From NCBI GenBank assembly GCA_963841565.1, contig CAWJCY010000012.1, forward strand, positions 32,001-96,000: DNA of 64,000 nucleotides, given 5' to 3'. Of the stretch, positions 11,739 through 21,093 are shown one piece after another. Every line of letters starts with the position of its first letter. Position 1 is the first letter of the stretch. A program made the translations under genes and the position numbers. The notes beneath the pieces were generated by a model that was not told the origin of the DNA, did not search any database, and was given only the letters and a program-made list of their open reading frames with translations. Source of the DNA: an uncultured Nitrososphaerales archaeon (GTDB lineage: Archaea; Thermoproteota; Nitrososphaeria; Nitrososphaerales; Nitrososphaeraceae).

Positions 11739-11907
11739 TTCTGAGTCAGAACATGCCGAACAAAAAAAGGATGAAATGAAATAACATGTCGCAAGAAATC
11801 ATCAGTTAATTATTCATGACTTGGAAATCGCAACAGATGTGATGATTATTTCGTTCTGAGTCAGAACATGCCGAACAAAAAAAGGATAAAATGAAATAAC
11901 ATGTCGC
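11739..11907. repeat. 54-bp direct repeat x2 (11739-11792, 11854-11907)
   Basis: TTCTGAGTCAGAACATGCCGAACAAAAAAAGGAT(G/A)AAATGAAATAACATGTCGC; one mismatch. Confidence 0.93.
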
Positions 11908-12371
11908 TCTACTCAATCTTTCAGTTATCTGAAATTGTGCAATCTAGTGAAGGAACATGAATTCAATAATTAATTCCCTAGCATTTTGATCATTAACCTG
12001 TGGATTAACTTAACCTTGAATAACCGACAATCCTTGTCTTTCACATCCTTACTCTAGTCCCAATCTTTTGCTTCTTCCACGACATCCAGATACTCAATAT
12101 TGAGACTTATAAGAATCCGGCCATATAGCCACTTAGACTATATATAACACATCGACTTGCATTCGCCAAATGTCAATATTCTGTCTCCAAGTCACTCAAA
12201 ACAATCCGTCCATGAAATTGGCATTCTAATCGAACATGAATTTACTCTCCTAATTAGACCAATTGTAGTAGAATCAACCTGAACCCATACCAATACCCCC
12301 AGTAAACAAAAGATTCGCAAGCAAATTAAAAGTATCTAAACCTGCAAATCTAGTGCATTGTAGATTTCATT

Positions 12372-13392
12372 TTATCCCTTTCTAATCCCACTGAACTCCG
12401 CATTAAGTGTAGTCTTCCTAGTGATTCGAACTACATCAAATATAGCAGCTCTCACTGCGCTTGCGCCATCTCCTAACAATCGCACAATTATCCCAGAATT
12501 GTACAGGCAGAATGGACGCTCCAGATACGACCTCAGTATTGTTAGACAAGATCGAATTCAGATCATCTTTAATAGATTTTACAACTGTGTTGGGGCAGAG
12601 CAGGTAAACGCTCCCTACAACGGAACGATTACTTAGCACACCCAATTGGCTTATGTTCCTTTTCCTTGGTTCTAGGATTGCAATGTCAGTGAATCTCAAT
12701 TGATCCTCTTGATTGAAACCAACTGCCTTCATGTAACAAATATCGTATTCAAAAGACTCACCACTAGCCACCCTTCCCGGTACAATCATCTCTGAGTAAA
12801 TCATTGTAGCACTATCATGTACTCGCATTCTGAGGGTTTGATAAAATCTTGAATTTCTGTATGGAATGATCTGATCTGGAATAAATTCAAAGTAAGCACC
12901 GGGCCCCAGATCAATGTTAATGATCTGAGTGGCAAAGTTCCGCTCCATTCGATATACTCTGGTCGCACCTTGGGTAGTGATATGTGCTTGAGAACCCTCG
13001 GACAAGGATATCTCCATCCTATATCTATCCCCCTGCAATATCCCCCCTGATGTTGACATAATGTACATGTAAGCCATTGAAGGTAATGATTCCTCCAAAT
13101 AAAGGGCACGTTGCGCATGTAGAGGTCCTTTTGTGTAGAGATCTCTGAGAATGGTTTTTCTTCGATCGCTGTCATATTCCAATTTTAAAGTGAGCGCGCC
13201 TATCTTTCCTGATCTTCCCACTCCTAGCTGCTGCAGCTCTGATCCGTATGCAAGAACTTCTGGTGGAATGTCCAATGGGATATAAAAATCTGGGAAATTA
13301 GGATCATCTGGACTAGAATTTTGAATTCCAGTCTCTGTTTCATTTGAGCTGCCAGAGGCCTTGCCAGACCTATTCTTGCCGTTACTTGCCAG
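12372..13392 (-). CDS. ureD: Urease accessory protein UreD, +1 frameshift near 12505
   Basis: SGGILQGD, TTQGATRVY, PGRVASGE. The C-terminus continues in the shifted frame to GIRKG* at 12372. The frame is open upstream to a CTG at 13392 preceded by GGTGA. Confidence 0.9.
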
Positions 13393-13458
13393 AACAAAAT
13401 CACCCAGTATTAAGTAAGAAACATATTGTCGTATTATCGACCTTTATTTCAGAAGCAT

Positions 13459-14124
13459 TTATCGATTCGCCTTTGGAGTAACAGCTCGTGGTGGCTGATC
13501 AAAGAGGACGTATTTTGTAATCTGATTTGCCACCTCTTCAACTCCTTGTCCTTTCTTTGAATTGACAAAAACATAAGGTTTGTCTCCTCTGACAATCTTA
13601 GCGTCTCTTTCCATTATACTCAGATCTGCCCCGACGATCGATGCAATATCGATCTTGTTAATTACCAGTAGATCGCATGTCTCAATTCCAAGACCTCTTT
13701 TTCTTGGATACTTGTCCCCTCCTGTAACATCGATTATATAAATAAAGTAGTCTGCTAGTGCAGGACTAAATGTAGTTGTAATATTATCTCCCCCGCTCTC
13801 TATTATAATCAGGTCTAAATCCCCGTATTTAGCTTCCATCTCTTCAACTACTGACAAGTTCATGGATGGGTCTTCCCTAACAGCTGTATGTGGACATCCG
13901 CCTGTAGCCAAACCGATAACGAGATCTTCTGGCATTAAGCCTCTCTCAGTCGCCAAATTCTTCCTCATCCTATCGGCGTCTTCCTTAGATACTACATCAT
14001 TTGATATTATACCAATATTGTAACCTTTGGCAGATAAAAGTGGTACAACCTGTTCTATGAGCATCGTTTTACCCGAACCGACTGGTCCACCTACTCCTAC
14101 ACGAGGGATCCTTTTAGAGCTCAT
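13459..14124 (-). CDS. ureG: Urease accessory GTPase UreG
   Basis: GGPVGSGKT, GGCPH, ESGGDN, NKID. Confidence 0.97.
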   Translation of the reverse strand: MSSKRIPRVGVGGPVGSGKTMLIEQVVPLLSAKGYNIGIISNDVVSKEDADRMRKNLATERGLMPEDLVIGLATGGCPHTAVREDPSMNLSVVEEMEAKYGDLDLIIIESGGDNITTTFSPALADYFIYIIDVTGGDKYPRKRGLGIETCDLLVINKIDIASIVGADLSIMERDAKIVRGDKPYVFVNSKKGQGVEEVANQITKYVLFDQPPRAVTPKANR

Positions 14125-14142
14125 AAAAAATGTACTAATGTA

Positions 14143-14898
14143 TCAGGTTATAAACATTTTTGACAGCATTTTCTCATGTGAAATTTGTATCAGATCTATA
14201 CCAGGAGCAAATTGCCATATGCCAGTCAATGGTCTGTCTATATTGGATCTAATTGTACTTACGAGTGTGTTTCTCAACTGATGTATGATCATCTGTCCGT
14301 CAAAATGTTGCAACACTCCTAATCTTAGGGCTGCTCCGACCATACTCACTGTGAACCCATACAGCATAATCAGCGCAGCTTTATTTCTGGGGATCCCAAG
14401 GCTATGTGCTGACACGGCTAAGGCGACTGGAAATATGCCTGTAGCTTTCTTTGAAGAAATGGCTTTCAAATAACCATTCATTACCGAATGTTCCGTGACA
14501 AATGATCCAACACATCGTAGCAATTGGGTTCCCGACCTAGAGGACGCATTTCTTATCTCTTCAATTAACTTCATTGAAAAAATGAGATTATCTACCTCAA
14601 TCAGTTTAGGGAGATTGTTTTTGACAATCTGTTCATAGGCAGCCCCTAGTGCCGTGCAATCAGCGGGTCCTATTTGATTCTCTATATATACCTTCAAGAG
14701 ATTGAGCAGATCCATAGGATTAGCTATCGACTTTCTGTTACCATAAAATAGAGCTTCTAATCCATTTGACATCGTGTACATCCCTGTAGGAAAGAACGAA
14801 TCTGACAATTGTAATAGTCCTATATCTTCTGGCCTCAGTTCAAAATCATAATTCTTCAATTCGGGGTCCGTGTTTTCAGTTTTATTTTTACGGCTCAA
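14143..14898 (-). CDS. ureF: Urease accessory protein UreF
   Basis: LQLSDSFFPTGMY.MS.GLE, C-terminal HE....KMFIT; operon position. Confidence 0.95.
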   Translation of the reverse strand: MSRKNKTENTDPELKNYDFELRPEDIGLLQLSDSFFPTGMYTMSNGLEALFYGNRKSIANPMDLLNLLKVYIENQIGPADCTALGAAYEQIVKNNLPKLIEVDNLIFSMKLIEEIRNASSRSGTQLLRCVGSFVTEHSVMNGYLKAISSKKATGIFPVALAVSAHSLGIPRNKAALIMLYGFTVSMVGAALRLGVLQHFDGQMIIHQLRNTLVSTIRSNIDRPLTGIWQFAPGIDLIQISHEKMLSKMFIT

Positions 14899-14924
14899 AA
14901 ATCAATCACTATTTCCTTAATCTC

Positions 14925-15452
14925 CTAATGCTCATGCACATTCATAGTCTCACTGGGTTCAAAAACAATCTTTTTGCTCTGAATCTCTATATGGTGATGA
15001 AACGGATGAAACAATTTCCTAAACATCTCAATCTCAGATTCAGCCTGAATTGGGAAGTATATTCTAGACCCATCAAGCTTAATTGGTCTGTGAAGATTTC
15101 CAATTGTATGACCAATTTGGACAGGAATCTGAATTACACTTTCAGTACTGTCAGTAAGTGTTTCTTTAATGATCTCTACTTGTAGTACATTCTCTGGTTC
15201 TATTTCAACAACTACAATTTGGTTGTCATTTAAGAGAAGCACGTCGCCATGTCTCAGATGTTGGCTGCCAGAATGCAAGTTCAAAGCAATGTCTGTTCCT
15301 TTATTTGAGACTTTTCGCATTCGCTGTCTCTGAGATTCTGTTCTAGTAATTAAAAAAGTTTCATCTTGCTGTTTTGAAACAAATTCTTTAAAGGTAGCCT
15401 CTAATTGATCATCGTTGTATATGTTACCAATAATACGATCGATCGTTATCAT
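14925..15452 (-). CDS. ureE: Urease nickel chaperone UreE
   Basis: LRHGDVL, GHTIGNLH, C-terminal HEH. Confidence 0.93.
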   Translation of the reverse strand: MITIDRIIGNIYNDDQLEATFKEFVSKQQDETFLITRTESQRQRMRKVSNKGTDIALNLHSGSQHLRHGDVLLLNDNQIVVVEIEPENVLQVEIIKETLTDSTESVIQIPVQIGHTIGNLHRPIKLDGSRIYFPIQAESEIEMFRKLFHPFHHHIEIQSKKIVFEPSETMNVHEH

Positions 15453-15481
15453 TGTCGATATTCTCTGCCTCTACCTCTATT

Positions 15482-15896
15482 TCATCCCTTCGAGTCGGTA
15501 TTTACGTTATTCGAATTGGAGGCCGAAGCTTGGACTGACGCAGTCGGGGATACCTTGCTTTTTTCCTTCTCCTTTACCTTATCTATCATATCTGTCAATC
15601 TCTGAGTGTAATCAACCTTGCCATAATGACCATATGATGACTGACCAACTAATGCAAAAACCAACCCATTGTCTTCTATCTTGACTTGAGCTCCTATTTC
15701 AAATTTTTCAGTTATAATGCATTTCGTTACTTTATGCAGAGAATAGTCAACATTCAGATGTGAAGCTGGATCGATAAATCCAGACATCGAATGGATCTTG
15801 CCAGCCAGATACTATAACATGCTTTATCAATGTCGGATCTATTACCAGATAATTTTCGTCTATATTGGTTTCCTCGACGCAGTGACGTATTATCAT
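15482..15896 (-). CDS. Uncharacterised ~137-aa urease-operon protein, +1 frameshift near 15805
   Basis: ATG at 15896 (MIIRHCVEETNIDENYLVIDPTLIKHVIVS) joins GKIHSMSGFIDPASHLN.. after removing one base. It fills the gap between the chaperonin and ureE. Confidence 0.75.
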
Positions 15897-15920
15897 GAAT
15901 GAATTTCCACCTTCCTTTTT

Positions 15921-17504
15921 TTACCTCTTTGAATCAGAGAGTGATTGAGGACTTAGATCTTCAGCGGCCAAATTTCTGTCAATTCGGAGAACCGATTTTG
16001 ATATCTCGGCAGCAGCTTCAAGGGCCATTGTCTTTACCTTTAATGGATCCAATATCCCCCTCTTCCACATATCAACTGGTTCACCGGAGTCTATATCTAT
16101 GCCGAAGCCATCCGGTGAGGCTTTTGCAGCCATTACTTTTTCCAATCCGTTATAACCTGCATTTGTTAGAATCTGTCGCATTATGCTTTCAAGAGCCGAG
16201 ACAACAACTTCAAGTCCAACCTGCTCAAGCCCCTTGAGCCTTAGTTTTTTCACTTTATCGATAACATGTAGTTCTGCCGAACCCCCACCTGCAACTACGC
16301 CTTCGTTAAGAGCCGCTTCTGCAGCATTAACTCCATCGATTGCAGCCCTCCACCGCTCAAGCGATGTTTCCTTAGTCGAACCTGAAACGATCATGGTTAC
16401 GATATTCTTACCTGCTCCATTTTCAATGTATACTACCGCGTTTTCTTCGTCTTCCCTCACAACATCTGCATATCCTAATAATTGTTCACTACTTTTTTCT
16501 AAATTTTCTGTGCTGCTTAGCTCCTCAATCATTCTAATTGGTTTTGCTTTGGTGTACCTTGATACATGTTCAATTTCCTCCGTCGAGATCCTTACCGCAA
16601 ATATTTTTCTTGCAACTAGTAAATCTTCAATCACTTGATCGACTTCTGAAGATGCTATTAGAATTGCATTTGCCCCGGTGGATACTAATTTATCTACTAT
16701 TTCTTTTGATTTTGATACCCGATCCTTTTCCATATTCAATATTTCATCATATTTACTTCCTTCCTTTAGCCATGATTCTTTGACTGGTTTTAAATCCATC
16801 TTGACAACTAGAATTTTTGCTTGCTTCACTTCGGTAGGCATTTCAGGATCGAGCTTATTCCGTTCCAGAACTATGCCATTGACAACTGCATCGTCCATGT
16901 TTGTACGTCTAATTACCATTATGGATTTGTCAAAATCATACTGGTTATGATACCTTGCATTAGCACCAACCGTTCTCAAGGCAGATATCACAAGCTTTGA
17001 AAGTTTTAATCCGTCCAATTTTGAAGACAAAGATGTCCTGACCACATGTTCAAGTCCTAGATCTGAAATGGAAATGGACCTTGTCTCTTCTCGCAATAGA
17101 TCGCATGCGTGTTTAACTCCACTATCTATACCTTCAACAACTTTTGTGGGATGCACACCCAGTTCCTTCACTAATCTTTTCCCTTCTTTGATCATCTCAG
17201 CAGCCATGACCACTGCGGTAGTTGTGCCGTCTCCAACTAGTTGTTCTTGTCTTTCTGCTATTTCAACTATCATTCGTGCCACCGGGTGGATTGCACGCAG
17301 AGAAAGGAGAATAGTGACCCCGTCGTTAGAAATGTGGCGATTCATAGCCTGGTCTATCAAGAGCTTATCCAATCCTTTAGGTCCCAAAGTTGTCCTCACA
17401 GTATCTGCTACAGCAGTAACAGCATTGGAATTTGATTCTAGAGCATTGAATTCTACACTCTCGGCCATAGGTCTCCATACGCCAAAATTAGGATTCGACA
17501 TCAA
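15921..17504 (-). CDS. Divergent TCP-1/cpn60 (thermosome-like) chaperonin inside the urease operon
   Basis: TLGPKG, SNDGVTIL, VGDGTTT, AGGG, GILDPLKVK, VLRID. Confidence 0.93.
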   Translation of the reverse strand: MMSNPNFGVWRPMAESVEFNALESNSNAVTAVADTVRTTLGPKGLDKLLIDQAMNRHISNDGVTILLSLRAIHPVARMIVEIAERQEQLVGDGTTTAVVMAAEMIKEGKRLVKELGVHPTKVVEGIDSGVKHACDLLREETRSISISDLGLEHVVRTSLSSKLDGLKLSKLVISALRTVGANARYHNQYDFDKSIMVIRRTNMDDAVVNGIVLERNKLDPEMPTEVKQAKILVVKMDLKPVKESWLKEGSKYDEILNMEKDRVSKSKEIVDKLVSTGANAILIASSEVDQVIEDLLVARKIFAVRISTEEIEHVSRYTKAKPIRMIEELSSTENLEKSSEQLLGYADVVREDEENAVVYIENGAGKNIVTMIVSGSTKETSLERWRAAIDGVNAAEAALNEGVVAGGGSAELHVIDKVKKLRLKGLEQVGLEVVVSALESIMRQILTNAGYNGLEKVMAAKASPDGFGIDIDSGEPVDMWKRGILDPLKVKTMALEAAAEISKSVLRIDRNLAAEDLSPQSLSDSKR

Positions 17505-17691
17505 GCACTATCTTCACAGGCAAGAAATAAAGATTGAGGTGATATGCCGACTCCTAAGGGCGTTATCCCTTCTGTGTCTTGGGATTAAAAGTATTTTTCA
17601 GTCTTAGGCTCACAACCATGTAACCAATATCGAATTTTAGAAATTGTTATTAAATAAAGATAAAAAGAAAAAAGGATTTTAGGGAATCGCC

Positions 17692-19420
17692 TTATGCCAT
17701 GAAATACCTCTGCGCAGAGGATAATTCCTTGGCTGGTTCTACGGTCGCCACAGTACCGTCCAGTTTTACCTCGTAAGTCTCGGGATCGATGGTAATTTCA
17801 GGAGTTTTGTCATTCCATACCATATTCTTTTTGTTAATGCTTCTGCAACCCTTAACTGGAAGCATAATCTTCTCCAGGCCTAACTTCTCTGGAACTCCCA
17901 TGTTCAGAGCCGCCTTTGAAGTAAATGTGAAGCAAGTCTTCTTGACAGCTCTTCCGAGGGCGCCAAACATAGGTCTGTAGTAAACAGGTTCTGGAGTAGG
18001 TAACGAAGCGTTCGGGTCTCCCATGATGGACCATGCGATAAATCCTCCCTTAAAGACCATTTTTGGCTTTGCAGGGAAGAATGCGGTGTTGTACATTACA
18101 ATGTCAGCATACTTGCCAGTTTCAAGTGAACCCAGATAATCGGACACTCCATGGGTAATTGCAGGATTAATGGTGGTTTTTGCTATGTATCGTTTCGCTC
18201 TTAGATTGTCATTATCGCCACTCTCTTCTTTGTGCTTTCCTTTCATCTTCTTCATTTTATCAGCGGTCTGAAATGCTCTAATTACTACCTCACCGATTCT
18301 GCCCATTGCCTGACTATCAGATGAGTACATACTCAACACACCTTCATCATGCAATACATCTTCTGCAGCAATTGTCTCGGCTCTAATTCTAGATTCGGCG
18401 AATGCTACATCTTCTGCAACTGCAGGATTAAGGTGATGGCAGAACATGAGCATGTCCAAATGTTCATCTATTGTGTTAACGGTATATGGCCTTGTGGGAT
18501 TTGTCGATGATGGCAAGGCAAAATGTTCACCTGCGATCTTCATTATATCTGGTGCATGTCCACCGCCAGCACCTTCAGTATGGTATGTGTGTAATGTCCT
18601 TCCATCGATGGCATCTATAGTATCCTCAACGTAAGCGCATTCATTTATAGAATCTGTATGGATTGCCACTTGAGTATCAGTTGCATCGGCTCGCTTTCAA
18701 AGATGCATCAAGTACTGATGCAGTAGTTCCCCAGTCTTCATGATCCTTAAGTCCACATGCTCCTGCCTCAATTTGTTCTAATAAAGGCGCTAACGTTGGA
18801 TGAGAGTCATTCCCTTTCCCTAAAAATCCCCAATTCATCGGTGTGTCTTCAACGGATTCCATCATTCTACTAATATTAAATACACCTGGTGTGCATGTAG
18901 TCGCGTTCGTACCATCTGCAGGTCCAGTCCCTCCACCTATCATGTTGCAAATACCATTGCTTATTCCGTCAATATACTGCTGTGGAGAGATCATATGTAT
19001 GTGGGTATCAAAGTGACCTGGGGTACATATTGTATGCTCACCTGCTGTGGCCTCTGTGCATGCAGAAACAACTAAACGATGATCTACTTTATCCATCGTA
19101 TAAGGATTACCAGCTTTGCCAATTCCTGCAATCTTGCCATCCTTTATTCCAATATCACCTTTTATGATTCCAAGTACAGGGTCAAGGACCACAGCATTAG
19201 TAATGAGATAATCAAGGGCCCCATTGGCGCTCGTAACTCCCGGCGTCTGAGCCAAACCATCTCTTAGGGTTTTCCCGCCACCAAACACACATTCGTCGCC
19301 AGGAGTAATCAAGTCCTTCTCGACTTCTATAAACAACTCAGAATCTCCAAGTCTTATCTTGTCTCCTGTCGTAGGACCAAACAGATCAGTATATTGTTTT
19401 CTCGTTAATTTTAATACCAT
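17692..19420 (-). CDS. ureC: Urease alpha subunit, +1 frameshift near 18692
   Basis: [47 protein letters not shown]. Removing one A (GCG-A-GCC) gives [14 protein letters not shown]. Confidence 0.96.
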
Positions 19421-19446
19421 TTCTTTCTAAGCCTCTTTTCTCCCTG

Positions 19447-19815
19447 TTATGCTCCTTTGTATCCTGCCTTCTTAGCCTTTTCCAAAGCAGCGTTTTTTAT
19501 ATGAGATGATCTGAGACCTCCCATTGTCAGACCGTTGAATCCATATACGATTCTAGCTCCACCTATTTCTGTCAACTCTATATCCTTCTCGTCTCCCGGC
19601 TCAAATCTAACACCTGTTCCGGCTGGGATATTTAGCCTATAGCCGTAAGCCTTTTCTCTAGGGAAATCTAATGCTTTATTCACTTCAAAGAAGTGAGTAT
19701 GCGAGCCTATTTGACATGGTCTATCACCTGTATTCTTAACCTTTAACTTGATTGTCTTCCTGCCTTCGTTACAAATTACAGGCTCCGAACGCAAAACATA
19801 TTCACCTGCGATCAT
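19447..19815 (-). CDS. ureB: Urease beta subunit (possible N-terminal extension from 19922)
   Basis: [32 protein letters not shown]. Confidence 0.97.
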   Translation of the reverse strand: MIAGEYVLRSEPVICNEGRKTIKLKVKNTGDRPCQIGSHTHFFEVNKALDFPREKAYGYRLNIPAGTGVRFEPGDEKDIELTEIGGARIVYGFNGLTMGGLRSSHIKNAALEKAKKAGYKGA

Positions 19816-19942
19816 TGAACTATATACCTCCCTAGATACCTTCCTTGAATTAGATACCTTCTTGGTTTGTTGTCGTTGTTTTTTTTAGGCGCTGCTTTTA
19901 TTCTTTTAATTTTCTTAGCCAATTATATCAGACTCCTTCCTC

Positions 19943-20245
19943 TTATTGAACTGGTTCGTGAACTGTCACCAGTTTTGTTCCATCGGGAAATGTACACTCT
20001 ACTTGTACCGTGTGTATCATATCTGGGACCCCTGACATCACATCTGCCTTTTTCAATACAGTTCTAGCAGACTTCATCAACTCGGCAACACTCTTTCCGT
20101 CCCTTGCCCCTTCCACAACATGATCTGCAATATAAGCCACGGTCTCAGGATAATTCAATTTCACGCCCCTCTCTTTCCTTGCTTTTGCAATCTGAGCAGC
20201 TGTCCAGATCATCATTTTATCCACCTCTCTAGGTGCTAACATCAT
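19943..20245 (-). CDS. ureA: Urease gamma subunit
   Basis: [33 protein letters not shown]. Start moved to 20245 (GAGGT upstream). Confidence 0.97.
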   Translation of the reverse strand: MMLAPREVDKMMIWTAAQIAKARKERGVKLNYPETVAYIADHVVEGARDGKSVAELMKSARTVLKKADVMSGVPDMIHTVQVECTFPDGTKLVTVHEPVQ

Positions 20246-20350
20246 ATTTCCAAATACCTCATTTACTTCTAAATGATTGAAATATTTAAGTCTAAAAAAA
20301 TATCCGCAAATATTCAGCAACCTAAATTAATTATAGAATTAAGTCGACGT

Positions 20351-20377
20351 CGACAATAACATCCAATGTTGTTGTCG
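20351..20377. promoter_or_regulatory. 12-bp imperfect inverted repeat upstream of ureA
   Basis: CGACAATAACAT-CCA-ATGTTGTTGTCG, overlapping a GTCGACGTCGAC palindrome. Confidence 0.4.
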
Positions 20378-20397
20378 CCCGCTATATAGTGTGTTTC

Positions 20398-20982
20398 TTA
20401 CGATTTTACCACTTTAACCGGAATCACCGAATCTAGCCAAAAAAAGATTCTATCAAAGTGACCGTCCTTCTTTGTAGGCAGCTTGAAATCAAAAGTCTTT
20501 TCGCTAGTCGTGAGCGTAAGAAAATTAGTTTGAATCATTGAACCCATCATATTGTGGACGATAGTCTCAGTACCTTTCCGAATTTCAAGAAGTTTTATGT
20601 CATCATACCAAACATAGAAACTCTGAGCTCTGTGCAGGATTGAATTAACGTCAATAGAAGCTGACTTTTTCATGATGTCTGAATTCTTAATTTTCTTGCT
20701 CAAAATTAGGTAAGGATAAGGAGCCATTCCAGCAACGTAGCCCAAATCCAGAAATTTCCTAAAAAATTCCTTTTTGCTTATAATTATTCTTTTTGTAGTA
20801 AAATCGAGGAAAGTATTTTCTCCCCACCCACCCCGTGATTCGGAGCTAAGGCGCAACACAAGTTCTTCCAAGCCCTTCCTGTTACACCAATCTATAAACA
20901 ACTGTAATTTTTCAGGATCGGTAAGACCTTCCGTTCTTGCCTTCGAATACTTTAAAAACTCTTGAAACTGTTCGGGCCCCAA
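20398..20982 (-). CDS. Hypothetical protein (possible PH-like beta fold)
   Basis: Intact 194-aa ORF between the urea channel and ureA; FTTKRII...WYDDIK pattern. Confidence 0.7.
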   Translation of the reverse strand: MGPEQFQEFLKYSKARTEGLTDPEKLQLFIDWCNRKGLEELVLRLSSESRGGWGENTFLDFTTKRIIISKKEFFRKFLDLGYVAGMAPYPYLILSKKIKNSDIMKKSASIDVNSILHRAQSFYVWYDDIKLLEIRKGTETIVHNMMGSMIQTNFLTLTTSEKTFDFKLPTKKDGHFDRIFFWLDSVIPVKVVKS

Positions 20983-21093
20983 TCTGATTACAAACGGGTA
21001 ACACTTAGCAAATATGTAAAGGTATCAATCAATCAACTAGACTTTCAAAAAAAAGAAAAATATGGGCTTTGGGGCTCGCAACCTTCTAACAAT

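Noticed and set aside
11739-11907. CRISPR array
   Set aside because: Only two 54-bp units with a 61-bp gap and no cas genes in the window.
16183-17607. Long plus-strand ORFs opposite the chaperonin (and similar ones opposite amt, UT, ureC, cdvB)
   Set aside because: Antisense shadows of well-supported genes.
17692-19420. Naturally split or programmed-frameshift ureC
   Set aside because: No slippery sequence at the junction, and it has the same single-base pattern as many unrelated genes.
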